Of a stretch of 64,000 nucleotides of DNA, positions 16,748 through 25,847 are shown piece after piece. The DNA lies in the NCBI GenBank assembly GCA_015233675.1, contig JADFXH010000010.1, forward strand, positions 7,284 to 71,283, in the 5' to 3' direction. Positions within the stretch are counted from its first letter, which is position 1. Each line of letters begins with the position of its first letter. The notes beneath the pieces were generated by a model. That model saw only the letters and a list, made by a program, of their open reading frames with translations. It was not told the DNA's origin and searched no databases. The stretch comes from Candidatus Omnitrophota bacterium. GTDB taxonomy: Bacteria > Omnitrophota > Gorgyraeia > Zapsychrales > Fredricksoniimonadaceae. A program made the position numbers and the translations under genes.

Positions 16748-18373
16748 CTATTCGTTATAGAAAACCGTTGCCCTTCCTGTGTCCAGGTTTAATGAGGTCA
16801 TTATCCGCTTGCGGGTACTATGACTAATCCTAAATACCATCTCAAGCGCATCAGGACCGTCATCATACTTGGCCTTTGGAAAATATGTAAGCTGATCTAT
16901 CAACAATTTGTGATTCTTATCGAATTGAAGGGTACCATTCTTAATGAAAGGCTGTAGCGTCTGGACTCTCTGTATTTTTTTATCAGCCGGCCCATTTTCG
17001 ATATATTCAAGGGGCATATAAATACCCTGCTTGAGACTTTCCTTTTCCAGTTCTTTAATAATAAGTTCCTGGAATCCGTTTGATTCTATGCCAATTTTTC
17101 TAAATCTGAATCTTTGGGCATAGTTAAGGATATCCTGAATGGTCTCATCCGGGGTGCGGCGTTTTATATCAGCAATAATCACATATTTTATCCTCGTTTT
17201 TAAATCCATCGCAATTATGATTATCGCTGAATAATCTCCCCTAACTGTATCCTTGCCAAGTGAAGGATCACAAGACATATAAAATCCCACATCACGGCCT
17301 AACCGCTTCAATATATCATCGAGCGATTTATACTCTTTGTTCCAATAAGTTGCCTCATCCATATTAAAAATCAACGAACCTCTATCGATTGGATTATTTT
17401 GGTACTCGCTTGCAAAACTCACCGGATCATTGTCCTGTTCTATGCGCAAGTCAAAATAGTCATACCTGTCAGGCCAAAGAAGCTCAACACCTTTTAACAT
17501 TTCAGTCTTCCTTGATTCATAGAGCTTGCGCGCCGCTTCAACCCCTTGTTGATCTTTAAAAGAATCCCTATGATTGTACACATCCAGACAATACACCCAA
17601 GGAATCGGGTCAGTGGCATCGGAAATAATCGCACTGTACATTCTTTTTTCCCAACCTTGGGTTTTAGGGTCGAGGTAATAACTCAACAAGCTCTGAGGAT
17701 GACACACGGTCCCCAGCAGTATAAAATTAGTGCCCTCTTGACCAAGTTTTAATATACTCTTTGTATACCAATCCTTGATTTTTTCGCGTGATTCAGCAGT
17801 TTCTGTATTAGCCAAGGTCTCAAGATCATCGATTATAGCAAGCGTTGGACGGTGGACGCCAAATTTTAGCCCTCTGGGATTCTGCCTCCAGCCGAGGGCC
17901 ATAATTTTGATCTTATTAAGCGTCTGTATTTCATCTTTTGTCCATCGCGGCGGCTTGGGCCTGCCATCTTTCTCAAAAACCTCTGGGAAATCCTGCCTTA
18001 ATTTCTCATTCTCGCTAAGCTCCGCCTTAATGTTTTCCATTAATTTTTCGACCTGAGCTGTTGTGTCTGAAAAAATGACTATGAATTTCTCTTTGGAATA
18101 ACATATACAGTAAAGGATATAGATAAGCGAAATCAACGTCGACTTACCAAATCCTCTGGGTGCGGCAATGGCTATTTTTTTCCCGCGGATCTTTAAAACA
18201 TCAAAGAGTAAATCATATATCTCCCGATGCGCTGGGGAAGGCTTATACTTAAGATGATGTAATAGATACAATTGTGCAAACGCCAACAATGACGTTTCCC
18301 CTGCCATGCGCCTGATTAAACCTGCCTTACTAATTAGATTATTTCTCATTTTGGATCTCCTTTTTTTGGGCAT
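16748..18373 (-). CDS. phage terminase large subunit (TerL)-like
   Basis: Walker A AAPRGFGKST, Walker B-like LAIIDDLE, and a C-terminal nuclease-like region ending with DDGPDALE. Confidence 0.75.
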   Translation of the reverse strand: MPKKRRSKMRNNLISKAGLIRRMAGETSLLAFAQLYLLHHLKYKPSPAHREIYDLLFDVLKIRGKKIAIAAPRGFGKSTLISLIYILYCICYSKEKFIVIFSDTTAQVEKLMENIKAELSENEKLRQDFPEVFEKDGRPKPPRWTKDEIQTLNKIKIMALGWRQNPRGLKFGVHRPTLAIIDDLETLANTETAESREKIKDWYTKSILKLGQEGTNFILLGTVCHPQSLLSYYLDPKTQGWEKRMYSAIISDATDPIPWVYCLDVYNHRDSFKDQQGVEAARKLYESRKTEMLKGVELLWPDRYDYFDLRIEQDNDPVSFASEYQNNPIDRGSLIFNMDEATYWNKEYKSLDDILKRLGRDVGFYMSCDPSLGKDTVRGDYSAIIIIAMDLKTRIKYVIIADIKRRTPDETIQDILNYAQRFRFRKIGIESNGFQELIIKELEKESLKQGIYMPLEYIENGPADKKIQRVQTLQPFIKNGTLQFDKNHKLLIDQLTYFPKAKYDDGPDALEMVFRISHSTRKRIMTSLNLDTGRATVFYNE

Positions 18374-19049
18374 TGGTTATCTCGATAACCTTTGATTCGA
18401 TCTCCGCTTTATCGAGCTTACGTTTTACATCATTAATTTCTTGCTGCATTTGTGGCGTCAATCCACCAGACTCAGAGAGAATTCTTTCGCTCTCTGCAAT
18501 CTCAAGACGGATATCATTAAGTGATTTTTCATCATCCGCGCTGACGTGATGCGAAAAATCCCCTATGATCTCCTGTGGTTTCTGGAAAACATACCCTGAA
18601 GATTGAAGCTTTTCCAGCAGCTCTTTTAATACCTTCCATGCAGCAAATTCAGCCTGTACTTTTTCCAAAGTACTAGCATCCTTAGAGCGGGCTAGTCGTG
18701 TTAAATGCGCATGGTGATTCATGGCCTTGATAAAGACTTCCCCAATAAACTGCTTGGCGAAATTCGCGCTGGGTGACAGTTCATTGCGCTGCCGGATATC
18801 CTTCATGTCACGCGCAATAGTTTTCTCCGAGCACTTTAATACCTGCGCCATCTGCGGATACGTATAGCCCTCCGCATCCATTAACTGAACGCACTCTTGC
18901 CTTGCTTCCTTATTGATAGTCCCCGGGGAAATCTGCCCGTCCTTAATTTGCTGCAGAAGCGTCAATGCAGATTCTTCTTTGGGATTTCCAACCTGGCCGC
19001 CGCCGTTATTTGTTTGCATCTTGGACCTCCTTGCAGTACTTAGCCACAA
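18339..19049 (-). CDS. HTH protein, probable terminase small subunit
   Basis: HTH GYTYPQMAQVLKCSEKTIARDMKDIRQ, followed by a coiled-coil tail. It lies immediately upstream of TerL and overlaps it. Confidence 0.45.
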   Translation of the reverse strand: MWLSTARRSKMQTNNGGGQVGNPKEESALTLLQQIKDGQISPGTINKEARQECVQLMDAEGYTYPQMAQVLKCSEKTIARDMKDIRQRNELSPSANFAKQFIGEVFIKAMNHHAHLTRLARSKDASTLEKVQAEFAAWKVLKELLEKLQSSGYVFQKPQEIIGDFSHHVSADDEKSLNDIRLEIAESERILSESGGLTPQMQQEINDVKRKLDKAEIESKVIEITNAQKKEIQNEK

Positions 19050-20287
19050 GATCCGCAGGCGCCTTATCTTGACCTATATAAGAGATATACCGCCTTATAA
19101 TGCCATCACAAAATGCTTCGGAAATCTCCATACAAAAACAGCGTCTTGCGAGACTCGTCGCAGCAATTAACGCACTCCCTGAACCACCAAAAAGTTCAAG
19201 GACAATATTACCTCTTTGGGAGCTATTGCGAATGGCTCTAGCGGGTATCTCAACAGGCTTTTGTGTCAAATGCTGGTACTTTTTGGTCGCGTCACGCTTG
19301 ATTTCCCATAGCGTTGTCTCATTGTTAGGCCCATACCATTTATGAACACCGCCGTCTTCTTTCCACCCATACAAACAAAATTCTGTTTGTTGATTGTAAT
19401 CTCCATATGAGATCGAAAAACTCGGTTTTGCCCACGTTATTACGCAACTAATATGATATTTGCGTTTTGTGAGCATCTCATACATCGCAGAAAACTGCTT
19501 ATGGGCATTAAAAACGTAGATAGGGGCACCGGGAGCAAGATAGCCATCCATATTTGAGAACACCTTCTCAATCCATTTTTCATAATCCTCCTTTGATAAA
19601 TCATCTTGATATATTGTTTGCCATTTGCGACATTTCTTTGGACGAAAACCCTTATTCGGCCGGTCCCCCTGATAATACGAAATTCCGTAGGGGGGGATCA
19701 GTAAAAAGCATGTCTGCTTTTTCATTGCCCATAAGGAGCTTTAAATCATTAGGGTCAGCCGAATCCCCACAAACAAGCCGATGTCCATTTAATTCAATAA
19801 CATCGCCCCGCTTTGTGATCGGTTTCTCTATATCATTAACTGCTGCATCAAAATCAAAGTCATCCCCATCTTTTTCTGGAACAAGGCCATCTAGAATTTC
19901 ACTAACTTCAGCTACATCAAAGCCGGTGGACGCCATATCAAAATCCGGCATTGCTTGTAATTCACTCAACACATGGGCTAATTTTTCCAGGTCCCAGCCC
20001 CCACTAAGCTTGTTAAGAGCCAAATTGGCGGCTTTTTCTTTCTCAAGAGAGAAATTGACGATCACCGCCTGAGTCTCAGTAATCCCTTGCCCCCGCAATA
20101 TTTTCGCCCGTTGGTGTCCAGAAATAATATGTCTGGTCTGTTCATTTACAACTATCGGCTGTAAAAAACCAAAATCGATAATACTTTGATTTAATTTCTC
20201 GTAAGCCGGTTGGCCTGGCTGAAGATCAAGCCGGGGGTTATACGGGGCATCTTTAAACGATGATAGTTGAATGGTTTCGATACGCAT
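19006..20287 (-). pseudogene. ParB-like nuclease domain / N6-N4 DNA methyltransferase fusion, split by a +1 frameshift in a C7 tract
   Basis: ORF 19652-20287 has a ParB N-terminal domain (FLQPIVVNEQTRHIISGHQR) and ends ...ADMLFTDPPLRN*. ORF 19006-19725 continues ...IPPYGISYYQG...ELFGGSGS. Removing one C gives FTDPPYGISY. Confidence 0.8.
19690..19696 (-). repeat. homopolymer G7 on the plus strand (C7 on the coding strand) at the frameshift site
   Basis: Read directly: ccgtaGGGGGGGatc. Confidence 0.95.
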
Positions 20288-20323
20288 GGAACACCCTCCT
20301 GTTTTTTAAAAAACATTGGTTAT

Positions 20324-20660
20324 CCAATTGGGGAGGGAACTTCTGCAACAAAAAAACCCAACCCCAATTGGTTTAATTGCAATTTGGGTTAGGTCTTGAT
20401 TCTTTAAAGCAACCTATAGAAAAAAAGAAAAGACTTCAACCCTATTGCAATTTACAACTGCATTGGGGTGAAGTCTCAGGATGGGCACGGCGCAATGGGG
20501 GTAATTAATCCAATAAGGACGCCACTATAAGCGCAAGGTGGTAGTCGAGAGACGGCACCGTTTCAGTGAAATCTCACGAGACGGGCACGGGCGCATTGGG
20601 GTGAATGTCCATATTCCGGACGCACATTGTAGCGCGAGGTAAGGTCAGGAGACTGCACTT
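20324..20660. ncRNA. candidate structured RNA or iteron region: hairpins plus two tandem 100-nt GC-rich units
   Basis: A 10-bp perfect stem CCAATTGGGG/CCCCAATTGG (20324-20371). A 12-bp stem AGACTTCAACCC/GGGGTGAAGTCT (20431-20476). Units begin with GGGCACGG at 20483 and 20583. There is no ORF in the 480-bp gap. Confidence 0.35.
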
Positions 20661-20770
20661 TAAAATCGTTTTACTTCAACTTCACGGATATCATACCATT
20701 TGATTAAAAAATGAAAACCATAAACATTTTTCTTTTCCAGCAGCCATTGAATGTAAAATCTTTTACTATT

Positions 20771-21781
20771 TTATTTCAATCTTTTGCGTTTCTCTGTTTT
20801 ATGTTCAAGCTCTTTGACGACGCGATCAAAATCAGAAATGTAATTCTTGCCCCTCTCCTTACGGTATTTTCCAAACTCTTCTTCCGCTTTCTGCGCAGCC
20901 GCCTCAGCGCTGACACTTCCGGCATTTGTTAAACGCCCCCGTTCGCTCAATTTCAAAAAATCATCGAGTTTCGTAATCCAATCTGCCATTTTCATTAATC
21001 GGCCGTTAGTCGCTTGCAACTCCGCGAAATCAAGATACATGGACACAATCAAATTAAGCTGTTTAAGTTCACCTTCTGTAAGATAATTCTTGGCGATCTT
21101 GATATCCTGTGCCGTGATGTAATTACCCTTAAAGCTTGTCAGCCCCATCATCGGCTTTTTTCTGTCCGCACGCTTTGAAATGATTTCCGCTGCGGTATGG
21201 CCATGGACGGCATAGTGCATCTTGTTTTGCACAGTCGCAAAAAACTCATTAGTTATTTTTTCATCCTTGCGGTAATCAATACTTGTGACATAAATATCCG
21301 TGACTTTCTGGTAAAAATTGCGCTCACTGCTCCTGATGTCCCTGATACGCTGTAATAATTCCTGAAAATACCGCTCCTTCTGGCCCCCTTGCTTGAGCCG
21401 TTCATCATCCAACGTAAAGCCCTTGATAATATATTCTTTCAACCGCTGGGTCGCCCAAATACGAAATTGCGTGCCCTGCAAAGACTTAACTCTATACCCA
21501 ACCGAGATGATCACATCAAGGTTATAGTGCTTAACGCCATATTCTTTCCCATCAGTTCCAGTACGTCGGAATTCCCGACATACTGATTTTTCATCAAGTT
21601 CGCCCTCTTTAAAGGCATTCTGAATATGCTCAGTGATGGTAGTCCGGCCTTTATTAAAAAGGTCTGCCATCTGATCTTGTGTTAACCAGACGGTTTCATC
21701 TTCCATCTTTACCTGAATCTTCGTCTGGACATCATCAGTTTGATATAAAATGATCTGCGATGGATCCTTGTCTTTATTCAT
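20771..21781 (-). CDS. RhuM-family virulence/phage-associated protein
   Basis: IILYQTDDVQTKIQVKMEDETVWLTQDQMADLF...YNLDVIISVGYRVKSLQGTQFRIWATQRLKEYIIKGF is the canonical RhuM N-terminal region. Confidence 0.8.
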   Translation of the reverse strand: MNKDKDPSQIILYQTDDVQTKIQVKMEDETVWLTQDQMADLFNKGRTTITEHIQNAFKEGELDEKSVCREFRRTGTDGKEYGVKHYNLDVIISVGYRVKSLQGTQFRIWATQRLKEYIIKGFTLDDERLKQGGQKERYFQELLQRIRDIRSSERNFYQKVTDIYVTSIDYRKDEKITNEFFATVQNKMHYAVHGHTAAEIISKRADRKKPMMGLTSFKGNYITAQDIKIAKNYLTEGELKQLNLIVSMYLDFAELQATNGRLMKMADWITKLDDFLKLSERGRLTNAGSVSAEAAAQKAEEEFGKYRKERGKNYISDFDRVVKELEHKTEKRKRLK

Positions 21782-21955
21782 TGAGCATCCCTTTTTAATG
21801 CTTATACACGGGGGAACATATAAACACCGATTGTTTAATGCTTAATAGTAGCACTCGAATCTAATCTTGCAAATGAACTTTTCTAACCCCTAATTAACTT
21901 GATTTATCTCTGATTCTATGGCCCTATGTTGACATAAGAAAACGGAGATCTGGCT

Positions 21956-22429
21956 ATGGATGAAACTATTGCCTCTCGAATTGAGGCGCTAAAAAATATG
22001 CCGCTGTTGGACTTACAGAAAACCTTTCAGGAGCTCTGTAAAACTCAAGAAATGCCCTGCGATAATAAAATGTATCTCATAAAAAGAATCGCATACAAAC
22101 TTCAGGAAGATAAACACGGCGGATTATCCAATACCGCCAAGGCCAAAGTCAATGAACTTACCGCCAAATATGATCCGATAAACAATAAAGCACTTAGACC
22201 GCAGATCATATCGGCAGGCAAAGGGATTGGTTCTATGCCTTTTTCAAGGGATAAGCGGCTGCCAATACCGGGCACTATCATTACAAAAAAATACAAAGAC
22301 CAGACAATCCAGGTCAAGGTGCTTGAAAAAGGCTTTGAATACCTAAACACCTATTACAAAACTTTATCGGCAGTCGCCCAAGAGATCACCGGAGCACACT
22401 GGAATGGCTTTAATTTCTTCAATTTATAG
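21956..22429 (+). CDS. DUF2924 domain protein (recombinase partner)
   Basis: MYLIKRIAYKLQEDKHGGLS is the characteristic DUF2924 segment. The stop lies 2 nt before the recombinase start. Confidence 0.7.
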   Translation: MDETIASRIEALKNMPLLDLQKTFQELCKTQEMPCDNKMYLIKRIAYKLQEDKHGGLSNTAKAKVNELTAKYDPINNKALRPQIISAGKGIGSMPFSRDKRLPIPGTIITKKYKDQTIQVKVLEKGFEYLNTYYKTLSAVAQEITGAHWNGFNFFNL

Positions 22430-22431
22430 GA

Positions 22432-24045
22432 ATGGCGATAGTGAATAATCCCGAAAAAGAAAAAAAGCAGATTAATTGCGCTATCTACACAAGAAAATCT
22501 ATTGCTGATGGTCTTGATCGTGACTTTACAACGCTGGACGCTCAGCGTGAATCCTGCGAGAGCTATATCGCAAGCCAAAAGCATGAAGGCTGGATTTGTT
22601 TATCTGAAAAATATGATGATGGCGGCTTTACAGGTGCAAATATTGAGAGGCCTGCCCTTCAAAAGCTTCTATCGGATATTAGGGCAGACAAAATTAACTG
22701 CGTTGTTGTATATAAAGTTGACCGCCTATCGAGATCGTTGCTCGATTTTGCCGAGCTCCTTTCTTTATTTGAAAAACACAACGTGACCTTTGTATCGGTC
22801 ACCCAGCATTTTAACACGCAAAACTCCATGGGCCGGCTGACGCTTAATATTCTCCTGTCCTTTGCCCAATTTGAACGTGAGATCATAAGCGAACGGACCC
22901 GCGATAAAATGGCTGCATCTAAAAGGAAAGGCAAATGGGTCGGCGGGTGCGTTCCCATAGGATATGATCTGGATAGAGCAAACCGCAAATTGGTCGTCAA
23001 TCCTGCGGAAGCAAAGATTGTGCAGGAAATATTCGAGGCTTACCTAAAAGAAGGAACGCTGATCTCGGCCACACGGTTTATCAATGATAAAGGTTATTTA
23101 ACCAAAAAATACGCCTCCACCACCGGCAAACGGCGAGGCGGCGGTAAATTCAAAAGCTCAACACTTAACCAAATAATCAAAAATCCATATTACTTGGGCA
23201 AGGTCCGGCATGACAATGTTTTATATCCGGGCGAGCAGGAACGAATTATTTCAGATGAAATCTTTGAACAAGCTCAGGAGCTTCTGGCTACAAACAGACG
23301 GGTGTTTTGTCTCAAACCAAAACATTCCAAAATTGGCCTCTTAAGCCATATCCTGCGTTGCAACGCCTGCAATTCAACCATGTACATTGCTTATACAGAG
23401 AAACATAAGAAATTCAAATATTATCATTACGTTTGCCTTGGCGCGCACACGCGTGGTTATAAAGCTTGCCCCACCAAACTAGTTAATGCCAATCTGATGA
23501 ACAATAAAGTCGTGGAAAGCCTGCGATCTATTACAGAAGATCCTCGAATTATTGGAGACAAATGGGACCAGCTTAGCCTTGATCATAAAATCCCAATTAT
23601 CAAATCAATAATCAAAGAAGTGCGTTATAACGGCGGCACTGAGATCTTGGAAATCCAGTTACACGATGATAAAGTGCATACCTTTAACGTGCCAAAACAG
23701 GAACTAAAACATGTGCCTGCCACAGCCAAGGAGAATCTTATAAAAAAGGAGCCGCAAATAAGACAAAATTTGCTGCTCGCTCATCAGATTCAAAGTCTTC
23801 TCTCCGAAGGCAAATCAAACCATTTAAAACAGATTGCCGGATGGCTTAACATCAGTCAACAAAGAATCAACCAATTACGAAATTTCGTGCTCCTATGTCC
23901 CCAAATACAGGAAGAAATATTCTTAGGCGATAACAACATCCTCTCCAATATCCCCGAATACAAGCTGCGGCAAATCTCCAATACGATCGATTGGCAGGAA
24001 CAGGAAAAACTCTGGCAGGATCTGCTCAAGACGCTCCTTAAATAA
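22432..24045 (+). CDS. large serine recombinase
   Basis: CAIYTRKSIADGLDRDFTTLDAQRE carries the catalytic Ser. Also VVVYKVDRLSRS, and the zinc-ribbon-like CNACNSTMY...YHYVCLGAHTRGYKAC. Confidence 0.9.
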   Translation: MAIVNNPEKEKKQINCAIYTRKSIADGLDRDFTTLDAQRESCESYIASQKHEGWICLSEKYDDGGFTGANIERPALQKLLSDIRADKINCVVVYKVDRLSRSLLDFAELLSLFEKHNVTFVSVTQHFNTQNSMGRLTLNILLSFAQFEREIISERTRDKMAASKRKGKWVGGCVPIGYDLDRANRKLVVNPAEAKIVQEIFEAYLKEGTLISATRFINDKGYLTKKYASTTGKRRGGGKFKSSTLNQIIKNPYYLGKVRHDNVLYPGEQERIISDEIFEQAQELLATNRRVFCLKPKHSKIGLLSHILRCNACNSTMYIAYTEKHKKFKYYHYVCLGAHTRGYKACPTKLVNANLMNNKVVESLRSITEDPRIIGDKWDQLSLDHKIPIIKSIIKEVRYNGGTEILEIQLHDDKVHTFNVPKQELKHVPATAKENLIKKEPQIRQNLLLAHQIQSLLSEGKSNHLKQIAGWLNISQQRINQLRNFVLLCPQIQEEIFLGDNNILSNIPEYKLRQISNTIDWQEQEKLWQDLLKTLLK

Positions 24046-24256
24046 GCAAACCCTCTCTCAATATCGTTCCCAAAAATCAGCCAATTTCTAGTTTATGGCC
24101 ATTTTACGACGAGCCATAGCCGCCCTGATAGCCAATTTTAGCATAAACTACCAGGCAAAAACTGGGAGATATTTGGGCCTATTTCACTCGATAAATTGGC
24201 TTGAGGCGAAGTTCTATGTGCGCCTCTGAAATCAGCTGGCAAATTTCTCAAGTACC

Positions 24257-24284
24257 GCTAAAAACAGATGCCCTAACTCTTTAA
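24257..24284. repeat. second copy of the GCTAAAAA...TAACTCTTT motif (candidate island junction)
   Basis: CGCTAAAAACAGATGCCCTAACTCTTTAA, compared with GGCTAAAAAATACGTAACTCTTTGA at about 2371-2395. Confidence 0.3.
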
Positions 24285-24338
24285 AACATCGACAGATAAA
24301 AAATGCCACGACTGGTTTTCACAATCATGGCGTTTATC

Positions 24339-24365
24339 CTCTCTTCATTCAAAGAGAGAGCTTTT
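24339..24365 (+). terminator. hairpin CTCTCTT/AAGAGAG followed by CTTTTAT
   Basis: Read directly. It lies between the recombinase region and the tRNA-Glu 3' end. Confidence 0.4.
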
Positions 24366-24369
24366 ATAC

Positions 24370-24447
24370 TGGTAGCCCCAACCGGATTTGAACCGGTGTT
24401 TTCTGCCTGAGAAGCAGACGTCCTGGACCAGGCTAGACGATGGGGCC
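24370..24447 (-). tRNA. tRNA-Glu (anticodon CUC), CCA encoded
   Basis: Manual cloverleaf: acceptor GGCCCCA/TGGGGCT, D arm GTCT..AGGAC, anticodon stem TCTGC/GCAGA with loop TTCTCAG, T arm ACCGG-TTCAAAT-CCGGT. Confidence 0.9.
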
Positions 24448-24564
24448 GTATCAATATCGAATGTTAAGGATATCTCAAAGCTTCTTAATCGTCAACAAAT
24501 ATCGTTGACACTTGGCACCTTGAATTTATAATCAAGACACGGGGTTTCAACCAGCAATCACCTC

Positions 24565-25773
24565 TTGACCTTAAGGAGAATTTACTTGCCTACCAGTATC
24601 AGTATTGGATTCAGCCAGCACTCCGATCCTCAAGAAGCCACTTTACAGGCTTGTGTACATGTAAAAAATCACCTCAACAGCATCGACACCGATTTAATCA
24701 TTATCTTTGCCTCTCCTCAATACGTTGTCCCTGAAATTCAGACAATCATAACCCGTACTCTTAGGCCAAAACACTTAGTCGGATCTTCCACCGGCGGCAT
24801 TATCTTATCCAATGGCGTTACTAACCGGGGCATCGCTATTGTAGGTATTAATTCCACCGACATGGTCTTTGGAGTTTCCGCTGTAAGAGACATCGAAAAT
24901 CAAGATGTATATGCTGTCGGGCTCGACCTGGCGCACAAAGCGATCCGTGATTTAAACTCATCCCATCGGGAAGTGTTCATCACTTTTTCGCAGGGTATAG
25001 AAAAAAATTGTCCGCAATTTATCCGCGGCGTTAAAGAAGCATTAGGCATAGGCTTCCCTGTCCTGGGAGCCGTTTCAAGCGATGATTTCAAGTACAAAAA
25101 ACTCTCTCAATTCTTTCAGGATCAAATATTACAAAATTCCGCAATTGGTCTTTTGCTGGGAGGGACATACCCTCTTGCTATTGGTTGTAAAAACGGCTTT
25201 AAACCTCTGGGAAAGCCTCGCACCATAACTAAAGTCGACGGCCATATAATCCATACTATTGACAATAAACCAGCAGTCGAAATTTATAAACATTTTTTGG
25301 GATCCGAGGCCGAAGGGCTGAAAGACGCCACTTTAAATTCGTACGCAGCAATGTACCCGCTTGGCATTTACCTGGAAGATTCCCGCCAATATTTGTTACG
25401 CAACATCATTGACATCTTGGCAGACGGTAGTATTGTATGTCATGGAGGCATCCCTCAGGGCGCTGAGGTGCATTTGATGATCAGCAATAATGAGTCCTGC
25501 CAAAACTCTGCTATCGAAGCGGCGGAATTAGTTAAAGACTCTCTCGCAGATAAGCAGGCTAAACTGATCCTTGTATTTGAGTCCTTAGCCCGTCATAAAA
25601 TCCTGGGACGTAATGCTTTCAGCGAAATTCAGGCCATCAAAAATGTTTTAGGCCATACAACGCCGATTGTCGGCATGTGTTCCTATGGAGAGATCGGCCC
25701 ATTTAACACGCTGGATAACGTGAAGAATATTTATTTGCATAACGAAAGTATTCTTATTATAGCCATTTCCTAA
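24565..25773 (+). CDS. FIST (FIST_N + FIST_C) sensory domain protein
   Basis: DLIIIFASPQY, and near the C-terminus GMCSYGEIGPF. The likely true start is the TTG at 24586, which has AAGGAG at 24573-24578. Confidence 0.75.
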   Translation: MTLRRIYLPTSISIGFSQHSDPQEATLQACVHVKNHLNSIDTDLIIIFASPQYVVPEIQTIITRTLRPKHLVGSSTGGIILSNGVTNRGIAIVGINSTDMVFGVSAVRDIENQDVYAVGLDLAHKAIRDLNSSHREVFITFSQGIEKNCPQFIRGVKEALGIGFPVLGAVSSDDFKYKKLSQFFQDQILQNSAIGLLLGGTYPLAIGCKNGFKPLGKPRTITKVDGHIIHTIDNKPAVEIYKHFLGSEAEGLKDATLNSYAAMYPLGIYLEDSRQYLLRNIIDILADGSIVCHGGIPQGAEVHLMISNNESCQNSAIEAAELVKDSLADKQAKLILVFESLARHKILGRNAFSEIQAIKNVLGHTTPIVGMCSYGEIGPFNTLDNVKNIYLHNESILIIAIS

Positions 25774-25847
25774 CAAGGAAGATTTTTTGTTTATTCTGTT
25801 GCATATTCGATAACGCGTCTGCCGCGAGATGGCCGGCCAGACCTAAA

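Larger units (their letters stand above)
2385..24284. mobile_element. about 22-kb integrative genomic island (defence + stress + phage-remnant cargo) next to tRNA-Glu; boundaries tentative
   Basis: A serine recombinase with DUF2924 sits at the right end, 325 nt from the tRNA-Glu 3' end. A shared TAACTCTTT-containing motif occurs near both proposed ends. The content is phage, defence and stress genes, in contrast to the housekeeping genes to the right. Confidence 0.45.

Noticed and set aside
20483-20658. The tandem units tested by eye as tRNA-like genes, as a tandem glycine riboswitch and as a retron msr/msd.
   Set aside because: There is no acceptor-stem complementarity and no T-loop. The conserved glycine-aptamer cores are absent. 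No reverse transcriptase gene lies nearby.
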